The notes beneath the pieces are model-generated. The model was given only the letters and a program-made list of their open reading frames with translations, made no database searches and was not told the origin of the DNA. Of a DNA stretch of 64,000 nucleotides, positions 50,058 through 60,215 are shown piece after piece. Each line of letters begins with the position of its first letter. Position 1 is the stretch's first letter. Position numbers and translations under genes: made by a program. Source of the DNA: an uncultured Planctomycetota bacterium. GTDB taxonomy: Bacteria > Planctomycetota > Planctomycetia > Isosphaerales > Isosphaeraceae. The stretch lies in NCBI GenBank assembly GCA_963737655.1, contig CAVTTN010000002.1, positions 6,816,001 through 6,880,000 of the forward strand, in the 5' to 3' direction.

Positions 50058-50372
50058 TCAACCCCCCGGGGCGACGAGCCGAGCGGCGGCCAGGGCCCGG
50101 TTGTCGCGGTGGTCGTCAGGCCGGGCCTTCACGGCCGATTCGAGCCGGGCGACCCCGGAGGCGATCCGGGCCCGGCCCTCGTCGGCCCTCCCCTGGCGGA
50201 TTCGGAGGCGGCCGAGGGCGATTTCGGCCTCGGCGAGCCGGCCGGGGAGGCCGAGGTTCGCCCGGTCCCGGTCCTTCATGAGGTCCGAGAGGGCCTTTTG
50301 AACCTCCTGCAAGGCGGCCTCGGCCTCGGCAACCGGCCCGGCCTCGGCGAGCCGTTCGGCCCGGAATCGAGG
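50058..50372 (-). pseudogene. TPR-like helical C-terminal fragment
   Basis: AEAEAALQE...LAEAEIALGRL..RQGRADEG....A.LE..V.ARPDD; upstream part of ORF looks non-coding, no convincing start. Confidence 0.4.
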
Positions 50373-50582
50373 CCGGCCCGACCGGCGGGCGGGTCCGGCC
50401 TGGCTCCCGTCACCGAGGGCCTCGATCCAGAGGGGCGGCGACTCTCGGCCAGGCCATCCTAACCCCGCCCCCGGCGATCCCGCCAGGAGATCTGGGCGAA
50501 TTGCGGGTGACACCCGTGATCCTTCGCAAAACCGTTCCCGTCCCCGGGATCTTCCAAGGCTCAACTCTCGCCGGTGACCGGC

Positions 50583-51656
50583 TCAATGCCGGACCAGCGC
50601 CAGGACGATCTCCACGGCGATCAGGACCACCACGACGATCTCCAGGGCCTCCATCCGCGAGCCTCCGGCCTGCTGGACGAGCAGGTCATACACGTCCCCC
50701 ACGGTGTCCAGCTTCCGGCGGATCGATTGCTGCCAGTCCCCGAGGTGGAACCGGGCCGAGGCCAGGGCGTAGACCCGCGAGAGGTACTGATCGCCGATGA
50801 GCTTCAACGCGTTGTCGGCCCTCTCGAACAGGCTGGTGGCCTCGATTTCCAGCTCTCGGACGCTGCGGACCGCCCGCTCGTGGGACCTCCAGGGGAACCT
50901 CGGCCGCGTCTTCCTCCGCTCGGGGCGGATCAGCCGATAGGCGGCCTCCAGCCGGTCGTCCAGGCGGTCGTCGATGTGTCGGAATTCCAGGAGCTGGACG
51001 TTGGCGAACTCGATGACTTGCAAGGTGTCGGCGCAGTCGCGGTCGGCGACGAGCCCGGCGGCCCAGTCGATCAGGACCAGGTCATTCGGGGCGTAGGAGA
51101 TGGCCAATCGGGTGGCCTCGCGGACCTCGTCCGGGCTGTAGGGGCCGCCCTCCAGGCGGACGAGCCCGGCGGCCCACTCGGCATGGTCGGCCAGCCAGCC
51201 GCTGCGGACCTCGCCGAGCTGGAAGATCACGTATTCCTCGCTCAGATCGCTGAATTCGAATTCGATCACGGCCGGACGGACCCGCTCGATCCACGGCGAG
51301 AGCGCCCGGCGGGCGGACTCGGTCAAGGGGCCGAGGTCGGCCAGGGCCGAGGCCAGCCGGGCGAGTCCCTCGGGCGTCTCCCGGACCGGGAACCGGGCCA
51401 TCAGCGACAGGGCGCCGAAGTCGTAAATGCCAAGCTCCAGACGATTTGGGGCGATCCCGCCGGGCAGCGCCATCGACCCGGGCTCGACCGTCAGCCGCAG
51501 GGGGGCCGGACGGTAGCGGATCGATTCGGGCGTCCTCCGGCGACGGGGCAGCGCCCCGGCCTCCACCGGCAGGAGCGTCCGGGCCCGGTCCAGGTCGATC
51601 TCGTACCCCACGTCGAAGGCGAACGCGAGGTGGATGGTGGCGTCGAGGATTTCCAT
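50583..51656 (-). CDS. Conserved hypothetical protein (RMD1/DUF155-like) with C-terminal TM
   Basis: AFDVGYEIDL, IEFANVQLLEFR..D, GDQYLSRVY, LEIVVVVLIAVEI. Confidence 0.8.
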   Translation of the reverse strand: MEILDATIHLAFAFDVGYEIDLDRARTLLPVEAGALPRRRRTPESIRYRPAPLRLTVEPGSMALPGGIAPNRLELGIYDFGALSLMARFPVRETPEGLARLASALADLGPLTESARRALSPWIERVRPAVIEFEFSDLSEEYVIFQLGEVRSGWLADHAEWAAGLVRLEGGPYSPDEVREATRLAISYAPNDLVLIDWAAGLVADRDCADTLQVIEFANVQLLEFRHIDDRLDDRLEAAYRLIRPERRKTRPRFPWRSHERAVRSVRELEIEATSLFERADNALKLIGDQYLSRVYALASARFHLGDWQQSIRRKLDTVGDVYDLLVQQAGGSRMEALEIVVVVLIAVEIVLALVRH

Positions 51657-51791
51657 GCCGATACTCTCCCCGGTCCGGCCTCCCGGATGCAAGTTGGCCG
51701 CGAGGATCGGCCTCGTCCCGGGCCGGATTTCCCGGCCGTCGGGTAGAATATCCGACCGAGGAATGGCCCGACGATCCGGGGAGGAGTGCGC

Positions 51792-52751
51792 ATGTTCTTT
51801 GGTCGGAAGTTGCACACGCCGTTTTCGTTCTGGCTCCAGGCCCTGCAAATCCGGGGGTCGGCGGTGCCGTTGGTGGTGATCCGGGTCCTGGTGTTCACGG
51901 TGATCACGGTCCTGCTCGCCTGGATTCATCGCAATGACCACCTTCCCGACCTGAACATCCCCGTGGCCCCGTACGAGGCGGCCGGGGCGGTCCTGGGCTT
52001 GCTGATGGTGCTCCGGACCAATTCGGGGTATGAGCGGTGGTGGGAGGCACGGAAGCTCTGGGGCTCGATGGTCAACACGTCCCGGTCTCTGGGGGTGACG
52101 ATCGTGACCTACGGCCCCAAGGACCCGGCCTGGCGGGATCGGGCGGCCCGGCGGGTCGCGGCGTTCGGGCATGCGGCCCGGCGGAGCCTCCGGGGCCAGG
52201 CGATCGCCCCCGAGCTCGTGACCCTGCTGGGGGCGGAGGAGGCCCGGTTCGTGACCGAGGCCGACCACATGCCCTCGGCCGTGGCCCGATTGATCGCCGA
52301 GTCGCTCCGCGAGGGCCTGGCCGGCCCGCCGTTCCTCCAGGCCGACGCCCTCCGCGTCCTCCTGATCGACAACCTCGGCGGCTGCGAGCGGATCGCCAAG
52401 ACGCCCTTGCCCCAGGCCTATACCATCGAGGTCCGCCGCTTCATCTTCCTGTTCCTCTTCAGCTTGCCGTTCGTCCTGTTCAACAAGCTGGAGAAGTCCG
52501 AGGCCGTCTGGCTGGCCCCGCTGATCATGATCCTCGTCTCGTACCCGCTCCTGGCCATCGACAAGATCGCCCACGAGCTCCAGGACCCGTTCCAGCCCTA
52601 CCGGCTGAACCACCTCCCCCTGGACGACCTCTCGGCGATGATCGAGCGGAACGTCCTGGCGATCGTCGGCGAAACGCCGGCCCTTGACTCCTCTCGGACC
52701 TCGCCGATACAGTCGCCCATGATCTCCTGGGGCGACCTCCGAAGCGTCTAG
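51792..52751 (+). CDS. Bestrophin-family ion channel (YneE-like)
   Basis: RTNSGYERWWEARKLWG, GGCERIAKTPLP.AY, ELQDPF, NHLPLD. Confidence 0.93.
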   Translation: MFFGRKLHTPFSFWLQALQIRGSAVPLVVIRVLVFTVITVLLAWIHRNDHLPDLNIPVAPYEAAGAVLGLLMVLRTNSGYERWWEARKLWGSMVNTSRSLGVTIVTYGPKDPAWRDRAARRVAAFGHAARRSLRGQAIAPELVTLLGAEEARFVTEADHMPSAVARLIAESLREGLAGPPFLQADALRVLLIDNLGGCERIAKTPLPQAYTIEVRRFIFLFLFSLPFVLFNKLEKSEAVWLAPLIMILVSYPLLAIDKIAHELQDPFQPYRLNHLPLDDLSAMIERNVLAIVGETPALDSSRTSPIQSPMISWGDLRSV

Positions 52752-52781
52752 AGCCGCGGCGAAGCCGAGGACGACCCGACC

Positions 52782-53438
52782 ATGACCCGCGACGCGACCC
52801 TCCGGCGCATCCTTCTCGGGGGGATCGTCGCCGTGATCCGTTCGGAGACGGCCGAGCCGATCGTCGGGGCGGTCCGGGCCCTGGCCGAGGGGGGCGTCAC
52901 CGCGGCGGAGGTCACCTTCACCGTCCCGGACGCCCCCGACGTGATCCGTGAGGTCCGCCGCGAGATTGGAGACGCCGTCGTCCTGGGCGCGGGGACGGTC
53001 CTCGACACCGAAACCGGTCGGATCGCCCTCCTAGCCGGCGCCGAGTACCTGGTCTCCCCGGTCCTCAATCCCGACCTGATCCGCCTGGCCCATCGGTACG
53101 ACAAGCTCGCGATGCCCGGGGCGTTCTCGCCGACGGAGATCCTGGCGGCCTGGGAGGCCGGGGCGGACGTGGTGAAGGTCTTCCCGGCGGAGGTCGGCGG
53201 CCCGGCCTTCTTCAGGGCCATGCGGGGGCCTCTGCCCCAGATCCGCCTGATGCCCACCGGGGGCGTGGACCTGGACTCGGCCCGCAAGTTCCTCGACGCC
53301 GGCGCCTGCTGCCTCGGCGCCGGAAGCTCCTTGGTGGAACCCAGGGCGATGGCCTCGGGCGACTTCGGGCGAATCCGCGACCTGGCCTCGAAGTTCTCCG
53401 CGATCGTGGCCGAGGCCCGTCGGGGCCGCGATGCCTGA
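52782..53438 (+). CDS. eda: KDPG/KHG aldolase
   Basis: EVT, GAGTV, GA.YLVSP, PGAFSPTE, KVFPA, PTGGV. Confidence 0.94.
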   Translation: MTRDATLRRILLGGIVAVIRSETAEPIVGAVRALAEGGVTAAEVTFTVPDAPDVIREVRREIGDAVVLGAGTVLDTETGRIALLAGAEYLVSPVLNPDLIRLAHRYDKLAMPGAFSPTEILAAWEAGADVVKVFPAEVGGPAFFRAMRGPLPQIRLMPTGGVDLDSARKFLDAGACCLGAGSSLVEPRAMASGDFGRIRDLASKFSAIVAEARRGRDA

Positions 53439-54180
53439 CCTCCGCGAACCCCGATTCGTCCGCCTCGTCCGCCTGGCGATCGGCGGCCTGACGACCCTCC
53501 CCGCCGGGCGGTTCCGCCAACCGGTCTCGGAGCGCGACCTCGCCGCCTCGCGGTTCGCCTTCCCCCTGGTCGGCGCCTATCTCGGCCTGATCCTGGCGGC
53601 CGTCCAGGTGGTTCTGGAACGATGGGGGGTTGGCGAAGGTCCGTCGGCCTGGGTCATCGTGGCGATGGCGGCGGGCCTGACCGGCGGCCTCCATCTCGAC
53701 GGCCTGGCCGATACCGCCGACGGCCTGTTCCTCGCCGGAGGCCCCGACCGGCGATTGTCCGCGATGCGTGACCCGAGGATCGGCAGCTTCGGGGTGATCG
53801 CGGTCGTCCTGGTCCTCCTGGGGAAATACGCGGCCCTGGGGAACCTGTCGGTTCCCGAGCGAGTCGTGAGGCTGATCGGGGCGTTCGCGGTCAGCCGGAC
53901 CCTCCTGATCGTGGCCGCCGGGTCGGCACCTTACGCCAGGCCCGAGGGGACGGGCCGGACGATCATCGACGCCGGGACTCCGGGAGAGGCTCTCATCGCC
54001 TCGGCCGGGGTCTGCCTGATCGGTGCCCTGACCGGGGGGAGCCGGGGTCTGCTCGCCTCATTGGCCAGCCTGGCCGTGGTCCTCATCCTGGTCCGGGTCG
54101 CCGATCGCCGGATCGGGGGGATCACCGGAGACATCCTGGGAGCCGCCGTCGAGCTCGCCGAGCTGACGTATCTCCTGTAG
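53431..54180 (+). CDS. cobS: Adenosylcobinamide-GDP ribazoletransferase
   Basis: FPLVG, TGGLHLDGLADTADG, MRDPRIGSFG, GGITGDILGA. Confidence 0.95.
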   Translation: MPDLREPRFVRLVRLAIGGLTTLPAGRFRQPVSERDLAASRFAFPLVGAYLGLILAAVQVVLERWGVGEGPSAWVIVAMAAGLTGGLHLDGLADTADGLFLAGGPDRRLSAMRDPRIGSFGVIAVVLVLLGKYAALGNLSVPERVVRLIGAFAVSRTLLIVAAGSAPYARPEGTGRTIIDAGTPGEALIASAGVCLIGALTGGSRGLLASLASLAVVLILVRVADRRIGGITGDILGAAVELAELTYLL

Positions 54181-54387
54181 GGTGCATGCAATGCACCGTC
54201 ATGTCGGGTGCATGCAATGCACCAACCCGCGGCGGGCGAAGCCCGCTTCCTTGGGATCGTCGGAACCGATCGGGAGAGGCGGGGGGTTGTTGCGGGCTTC
54301 GCCCGAGGCGGGTTGGTGCATTGCATGCACCCTACATGACGGTGCATTGCATGCACCCTACATGACGGTGCATTGCATGCACCCTAC
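54177..54387. repeat. REP family A cluster, 2 forward + 3 inverted copies
   Basis: Copies at 54177, 54203; inverted at 54315, 54341, 54367; 26-bp period. Confidence 0.92.
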
Positions 54388-54515
54388 AGGGATCGCTTCC
54401 CCTGCATCCCGACCGTTCCATTCAAGCCGCGTGACGCGATCCGTCGATACAACCGGACATACGGTCCTTTCCGCGCCCGATTCCGGTCCGGGAACTCCTG
54501 GGGGAACCCCTGTCG

Positions 54516-55049
54516 ATGGGCAAGACGATCCTGGTCCTGGGCGGGGTGCGATCGGGCAAGTCCCGGCTGGCCGAGGGGCTGGCGGCGGGTCGGCCTCCGG
54601 TCGTTTACGTCGCGACGGCCGGGCTCGACCCCTCGGACCCGGAGATGGGCGAACGGGTGGCCCGGCACCGGGCGAGCCGGCCGGAGTCGTGGCGGACCGA
54701 GGAGATCGGTTACGGCCTGGATTCGGCCTTGCCGGGGTTGGTGGAGTCGGGCGGGACGGTCCTGGTGGATTCCGTGACGCTCTGGATCGCCTCGCTGCTC
54801 CTGGGTTTCGGCGGCGAGCCCCTGGAAGGCCCGGCGATCCTGGAGCGGGTGGAGGCGGTCGGCCAGGCGGCGAAGCGCGGAAATTCCGACGTGGTTTGGG
54901 TTTCCGACGAGGTCGGGCTCGGCGGGATCGCCGGGGACGCCCTGGCCCGCCGGTTCGCCGACGTCCTGGGGCTGGCCAATCAAGCCCTGGCCGAGGCGAG
55001 CGACGAGGTCAGCCTGAGCGTGGCGGGGCGGCCCGTCCGGATCAAATAA
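54516..55049 (+). CDS. cobU: Adenosylcobinamide kinase/guanylyltransferase
   Basis: LGGVRSGKS, YVAT, RV.RH..SRP..W.T.E, VSDEVG.G, R.F.D.LG..NQ. Confidence 0.95.
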   Translation: MGKTILVLGGVRSGKSRLAEGLAAGRPPVVYVATAGLDPSDPEMGERVARHRASRPESWRTEEIGYGLDSALPGLVESGGTVLVDSVTLWIASLLLGFGGEPLEGPAILERVEAVGQAAKRGNSDVVWVSDEVGLGGIAGDALARRFADVLGLANQALAEASDEVSLSVAGRPVRIK

Positions 55050-55111
55050 CGCCGAGATGGGCCGTCGCCCCCGAAACGGGGAGGGGACGACGGGCCCGAA
55101 AGGACGAGGCG

Positions 55112-56656
55112 ATGCCGAGGAGGGCCTGGGAGCGTCTGGCGAGCATCGGGCTGGGCCTGGCCCTGGCCCTGACGATCGCCTCGCGCCCCGGGACCGCCGC
55201 CCCGGCCGGGCCTCCGGCCGAGGTCAAGTGGCAGAGGTCGCGCTCCTTCCGCATCCCCGTCAACTTCTCCCCCGAGCACCGCGCGGCGATCAAGGAGATT
55301 TACCTGATCGCCTCCGATGATCTCGGGACCACCTGGAAGAAGAACGGCCGGACCACCCCGGACCAGCCCGAATTCTCGTTCCGGGCCCCCCGGGACGGCG
55401 AATTCTGGTTCGCCGTCCAGACCAAGGACACCCGAGGCAACTTCTATCCGTCGGGCGACCGCGAGGTCGAGCCGTCTCTGAAGGTGATCGTCGATTCGAC
55501 GGCGCCGACGATCGCCCTGGAGCCCCGGGGGCGTCGCGGCAGCCAGGCCGCGGTAAGATGGGAGGTCCAGGACGAGCACCTCTCGCTCCGGACCCTGACC
55601 CTGGAGTACCAGTCCGAAGGGGCCCGCGACTGGAGGCAGGTCCCGCTGGCCTCGAAGGACTTCGCCCTGATCGGCGAGAAGACCTGGGACGCCGGCACGG
55701 CCGACCCGATCCGCGTGAGGATGACCGTCCGCGACCGCGCCGGCAACGCCCGGACCGTCGAGGCGATGCTGCCCGACGGCCTGGCCTCGGACCCCGGCCC
55801 GGCGTCGCCCGAGACCCGGGTCGCCGGGGCGCCGGTCACGCCGATTTCCAACCGGGTCGCCCCGGCCGACGAGCCCGAGGACGGCTTCGAGCCCGCCGAG
55901 ACGACCGCGCCGCCTCCTCGGGTCGAACGCGCCCCCGTCGCCGAGCCTCCTTCCCGCGAGCGAGAGCCCGACCCCGCCTCCAACGGCGGAGGCCAGACGC
56001 TCCTGGTGGCCAAGCCGCAATTTCCGTTGCGATACGAAGTTGAGGACGCGGGCCCCGGCGGCCCGGCGCTGGTCGAATTGTGGGTCACTCGCGACGGAGG
56101 CCGGACCTGGAGCCGCCAGCCCGAGGACTCCGACCACCAGTCTCCGTACAACGTCGATCTCGGAGGCGAGGGGACGTTCGGCCTCTGGCTGGTCGTCCAG
56201 TCCGCCTCCGGCCTCGGCGACCCCCCGCCCGGGCCCGGCGACCGCCCTCAACAATGGGTGGAGGTCGATAACGCCCCGCCAAGCCTCTCGCTCGACCGGC
56301 CGATGATCGGCAAGGGGGCGAACGTGGGCCGGGTGGCGATCACCTGGAGGGCCGGCGACGCCCATCCCGCATCCCGCCCCGTCAGCCTGTTTTATCGCGC
56401 CGACCGAACCGGCGCCGATTGGACGCCGATCGTCACGAACCTGGACAACACCGGCAAATACGTCTGGACCGTCCCGCCCGAAGTCCCGCCCAAGTTTCAC
56501 GTTCGGATCGACGTGGTGGACGCCCTGGGCAACCGGGCGACGGCCGACACGACCGACGCCGGGGCGATCGTCCTCGACCGGGCCCGGCCCCGGGGTAAGA
56601 TCCTCGGCCTCGACCCCGCCGCACGGACCGGCGCCGACGGCGCCTATCGGCGATGA
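55112..56656 (+). CDS. Secreted hypothetical protein with two repeated beta-sandwich modules and Pro-rich linker
   Basis: Signal peptide; S.D.G.TW...DGEFWF and T.DGG.TW...EGTFG; VD..AP. Confidence 0.8.
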   Translation: MPRRAWERLASIGLGLALALTIASRPGTAAPAGPPAEVKWQRSRSFRIPVNFSPEHRAAIKEIYLIASDDLGTTWKKNGRTTPDQPEFSFRAPRDGEFWFAVQTKDTRGNFYPSGDREVEPSLKVIVDSTAPTIALEPRGRRGSQAAVRWEVQDEHLSLRTLTLEYQSEGARDWRQVPLASKDFALIGEKTWDAGTADPIRVRMTVRDRAGNARTVEAMLPDGLASDPGPASPETRVAGAPVTPISNRVAPADEPEDGFEPAETTAPPPRVERAPVAEPPSREREPDPASNGGGQTLLVAKPQFPLRYEVEDAGPGGPALVELWVTRDGGRTWSRQPEDSDHQSPYNVDLGGEGTFGLWLVVQSASGLGDPPPGPGDRPQQWVEVDNAPPSLSLDRPMIGKGANVGRVAITWRAGDAHPASRPVSLFYRADRTGADWTPIVTNLDNTGKYVWTVPPEVPPKFHVRIDVVDALGNRATADTTDAGAIVLDRARPRGKILGLDPAARTGADGAYRR

Positions 56657-56683
56657 TCGGAGCGATCGGCCGCGCCCGGCCCG

Positions 56684-56992
56684 TCATCGATGGAAATGCA
56701 AGGTCGCCGAGTGGCCCGGGGCGAGGCCGTCCTCGACCCAGGAGCTATAGCGGCATCCCTGATCCGTGACCCAACCTTCGATCCAGGTCTTCAGCGAGTC
56801 CCAGCCGACGGCCTTGCGATCGACGATCACGGCGTCGGCCTCCGACGGGCGCCCGGCCGCGTTCATCACGGCGACGGCCGGGCCATATTCGGCCGAAAGC
56901 GCATCGTTCAGGGCGGAAACGTCCAGTTCCGCCGGTTTGAGGCCCTCGATCAGGTAGCTCATTCCGACGGTTCGGAGGGTCAGCGTCGGCAT
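56684..56992 (-). CDS. Small hypothetical protein
   Basis: 102 aa globular-looking ORF; no motif recognised. Confidence 0.6.
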   Translation of the reverse strand: MPTLTLRTVGMSYLIEGLKPAELDVSALNDALSAEYGPAVAVMNAAGRPSEADAVIVDRKAVGWDSLKTWIEGWVTDQGCRYSSWVEDGLAPGHSATLHFHR

Positions 56993-57074
56993 CGGTCGTC
57001 TCGCCGCGAGATCGGTCGGTGAGGCGGCCCGGTCCGTGGCCCTCGAAGGCGGCTCATTCTCGGGTCGCAACCTC

Positions 57075-57133
57075 GTAGGGCAGGCCTTGGCCTGCCGTCC
57101 TCGCGGATCTCGGCAGGCCAAGGCCTGCCCTAC
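57075..57133. repeat. REP family D doublet (GTAGGGCAGGCC..GGCCTGCC)
   Basis: GTAGGGCAGGCCTTGGCCTGCC ... GGCAGGCCAAGGCCTGCCCTAC. Confidence 0.88.
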
Positions 57134-57242
57134 GAAGATCGGCGTGCGTCCCCGGTCCGCGAATGGCTGGAAGTCGCGATCTTCGCGGATTTCGGGGCGT
57201 GAATCAAGCCGCCCTGGGATCAGTTCGTGACCGCGGATGCAC

Positions 57243-59936
57243 TCAATCCGCCACCCGGGCCGGCTGGGGGATCGTCAACACCTTGGGCTGGGTCTCTCGC
57301 CTCCGTTCGTTCCTCCGGTGGATCAGCCAGTGGCCGATCGGGACGAGCAGGGGACGGACCAGGATCGCATCCACGACGATGCCCACCACCAGCGCGAACC
57401 CCAGTTGCTTCAGCGACCCCAGGGGGCTGAACAGCATGGCCGCGAAGCTGCATGCGGTGATCGCCGCCGCCGAGGAGATCAGCCCGCCGGTCTGGGCGAT
57501 CGCGCGATTGATCCCCGCCTTCAGGCCCAGGACTCGCGTCTCTTCCTTCAACCGGGTCATCAGGAAGATGTTGTAATCCACGCCCACCGCCACCAGGAGC
57601 ACGAACAGGAAGTACGGGACCTTCCAGTCCAGCCCGTCGTGGCCGAGGATCGAGACGAAGACCAGGTGCGTGGTCCCCAGGGCGAAGGCGTAGGTCAGGA
57701 GCATCGTCGCCACCAGGTTCAGGCAGGCCCAGCCGTCCCGGAGGGTCACGAGCAAGACGAGGAAGACGCCGATGGGCACGACGATCCACGTCTGCCTCTG
57801 GTCCGAGCGGGTCAGGGTCCACACGTCGGCGCTCTCGGCGTTGGCGCCGGAGATCCCGAGCGAGACGGGGAAGGGGGTCCGCTCGGTCAGGTAGTCTCGG
57901 AGGCGTTTGCGGAGGGTCAAGACCTGCTCCATCGCCTCGTTGGAGAACATCCGGTGGTCCTGCTCGACGTCGAACCGGGCGAGGCGGCCGTCGGGCGAGA
58001 GGTAGGCGTCGAAACTCTTCTGCAACTCGGGATGTTCGCGGATGTCGCCGGGGGTGATGAGCAGGCGATTGAGCGTCTCGTGCCCCACCGGGTCGCGGAG
58101 GATCTTGGTGAGTTCCTGATTGGCCCTCTCGGCGCCGTCGGCGATCTGCGAGGCCCCCTTGGAGGCGGCGTCGAGCTCGCGGAGCATCTGCTCGCGGGGG
58201 TCGTCGACCTTGTTGGCGGCGGTCGTCTTCTTGTCCTCGTGGGACTCCGGCTTCTTCGCCCCGAACAGGGCGGCGGACGCCTGGCGGAGGCCCGAGGCGA
58301 CGGAGTCCCGGGCTTCCTTGTCGGTGATCGGGCCCCCGGTCAGCGGCAATCCGGTGATCTTTTCGAGCTTCAAAGCAAGCTGGAGCTTGACCTTGCCCTC
58401 GGCCAGGCCGTCCCGGAGCTTGCGGGCCCCTTCGGCCATCCGGCGGAAGCCGTCGTTGACCTCGGTGAGCCGGGATTCGATCCTCGCCTTCTCCAGGGGG
58501 GCCGGGCTGCCCAGGGGTTGGGTGGCGGAGCGGACCTCGGCGATCTTCTTCTGGGTCAAGTAGCGGCTGACGTCGTCGATCAGGGCGAGGCCCTCGGAAT
58601 CGCGGAGGTCGCGGTCGGTCCGGAGCACGATCGCCAGGGGCGCCACCCGTCCCGGGCCGAACTTGTTGGGCTCGGAGAGCATCGCCAGGGCCTTCACCGC
58701 CGGGGTGTCCTTCGGGAGCTCGCTAAACAGGTCCTGGAGGAACTCGGTTCGGACGCCGATCACGGCCACCGGCACCAGCACCAGGATGGCCGCCAGCCAC
58801 GTCCGAATCGGCCGGGCCAGGACGCGATGACCCACGTCGTCCCAGAAGCCGGTGGAGGGGGCCGTCAGGCCCGCGAACGACTTCGGCCGCAGGCGGGCCA
58901 GCAGGATCAACAACGCCGGGGTGAACGTCAGGCCGACGAGGACCGTGATCCCCAGCCCCAGGGCCACGCTCGGCCCGGTGCTCGAAAACAGCTTGAACCG
59001 GGTCGTCCCCATCAGGGAAAGCCCCACGATCACCGTCCCGGCGCTGGTCAGCACGGGCTCGAACGAGCGTTTCAACGTCGCCCTCATCGCCCCGGCGGGA
59101 TTCGCCGCGTTCCAGTGCTCGCCGAACCTCCAGGAGAGGAACAGGCAGAAATCGGTCCCGCAGCCGAACAACAGGACGACCAGGAACAGCTCGACCAGGG
59201 GGGAGACCTCCCAGCCCGCCAGGGCCAGCCACGCCAGGACGCTCCGGGACAGCACCAGCCCGATCCCGATCGTCACCAGGGGGATCGTCGCCAGCAGGAA
59301 CGAGCGATAGACCAGCAGCAACACGCCCAGGAGGAGGAACACCGTGGCATAGGCGGCGCGGTCCAGCGACTGCCGGATCTTCTGCATGTAATCGCGGCCG
59401 ATCACGGCGTCGCCGGTCCACTCCACCAGGAGCCCCTCGGGAGGAGGGCCGAGCCTCTTAGGCTTGGCCCGTTCCTGGAGCCAGACGACGGCCGCCTGGA
59501 GACTCGGCGAGACGAACGCCGTCTTGAACGGGATCACCAGGAGCTGGACCGTCCGGTCCCGGCTGACGAGCCTCTGGGCGATCTCCGGGGCCGACGCCGG
59601 GCCGAGGACGCGGAGGATGTCGGCCGGTCGGCGGGGGTCCTCGAATCCGGCGGCCATCTTGCGGGCGAATTCCCGGTCCTCGGTCGTCAGGCCGGCGGGC
59701 CTCTCCATCGCGACGACGGCGATGGCCTGGGACGCCTGGTCGGGCCAGGTCTGGCGGACGAGCTCGGCCACGCGGATGCTCTCGGTGTCGGCGGGCAGGA
59801 GGTCGGCCTGCCCCTCGGCGGCCAGGCGGGTCAGGCTGGGCGAGACGGCCAGGGCGACGACGGCCACGGCGAACCAGAACAGGACCACCCGGCCGGGGTG
59901 GCGGGTCACGACGAGGCGCAAGAAGTCAAGCGGCAT
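57243..59936 (-). CDS. MMPL/RND-family transporter
   Basis: FGCGTDF and AVGVDYNIFL TM motifs, two TM bundles, heptad insert, TGGLISSAA. Confidence 0.93.
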   Translation of the reverse strand: MPLDFLRLVVTRHPGRVVLFWFAVAVVALAVSPSLTRLAAEGQADLLPADTESIRVAELVRQTWPDQASQAIAVVAMERPAGLTTEDREFARKMAAGFEDPRRPADILRVLGPASAPEIAQRLVSRDRTVQLLVIPFKTAFVSPSLQAAVVWLQERAKPKRLGPPPEGLLVEWTGDAVIGRDYMQKIRQSLDRAAYATVFLLLGVLLLVYRSFLLATIPLVTIGIGLVLSRSVLAWLALAGWEVSPLVELFLVVLLFGCGTDFCLFLSWRFGEHWNAANPAGAMRATLKRSFEPVLTSAGTVIVGLSLMGTTRFKLFSSTGPSVALGLGITVLVGLTFTPALLILLARLRPKSFAGLTAPSTGFWDDVGHRVLARPIRTWLAAILVLVPVAVIGVRTEFLQDLFSELPKDTPAVKALAMLSEPNKFGPGRVAPLAIVLRTDRDLRDSEGLALIDDVSRYLTQKKIAEVRSATQPLGSPAPLEKARIESRLTEVNDGFRRMAEGARKLRDGLAEGKVKLQLALKLEKITGLPLTGGPITDKEARDSVASGLRQASAALFGAKKPESHEDKKTTAANKVDDPREQMLRELDAASKGASQIADGAERANQELTKILRDPVGHETLNRLLITPGDIREHPELQKSFDAYLSPDGRLARFDVEQDHRMFSNEAMEQVLTLRKRLRDYLTERTPFPVSLGISGANAESADVWTLTRSDQRQTWIVVPIGVFLVLLVTLRDGWACLNLVATMLLTYAFALGTTHLVFVSILGHDGLDWKVPYFLFVLLVAVGVDYNIFLMTRLKEETRVLGLKAGINRAIAQTGGLISSAAAITACSFAAMLFSPLGSLKQLGFALVVGIVVDAILVRPLLVPIGHWLIHRRNERRRETQPKVLTIPQPARVAD

Positions 59937-60158
59937 GCTCGGCGGCCCTGGGCCCCCGGAAAGGACAGCGCGGGGGCATCGCCTCGGTCGTCTCGCTCGG
60001 GTCCGCTCCGGGAGGGCCGATCGGTCGGTCAAGCGAGAGGCGCCCGATCCCGGCCCCGCCCGAGGCACCGCGCCATTGTGCAAACTTCGGGCCCCACGCC
60101 TAGGGGGAACCGCCGGGAGGGCCTCCTCCTACGGAGTGCGGAGTGCTGAGCCCCTTCC

Positions 60159-60215
60159 GTAAGGCAGGCCTCGGCCTGCCGAGACGCCAGGCCGGCAGGC
60201 CGAGGCCTGCCCTAC
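60159..60215. repeat. REP family D doublet nested within GGAGTGC-type inverted heptamers (60132-60273)
   Basis: GTAAGGCAGGCCTCGGCCTGCC ... GGCAGGCCGAGGCCTGCCCTAC; CGGAGTGCGGAGTGC / GCACTCCGCACTCCG. Confidence 0.82.

Noticed and set aside
54177..54387. Possible CRISPR array from regularly spaced palindromic repeats (also 14285-14473)
   Set aside because: 26-bp period with near-constant 5-nt linkers, copies in both orientations, no unique spacers and no cas genes; fits REP clusters
54388..54515. Cobalamin riboswitch between cobS and cobU
   Set aside because: No recognisable B12-box or conserved core; most of the gap is the REP cluster
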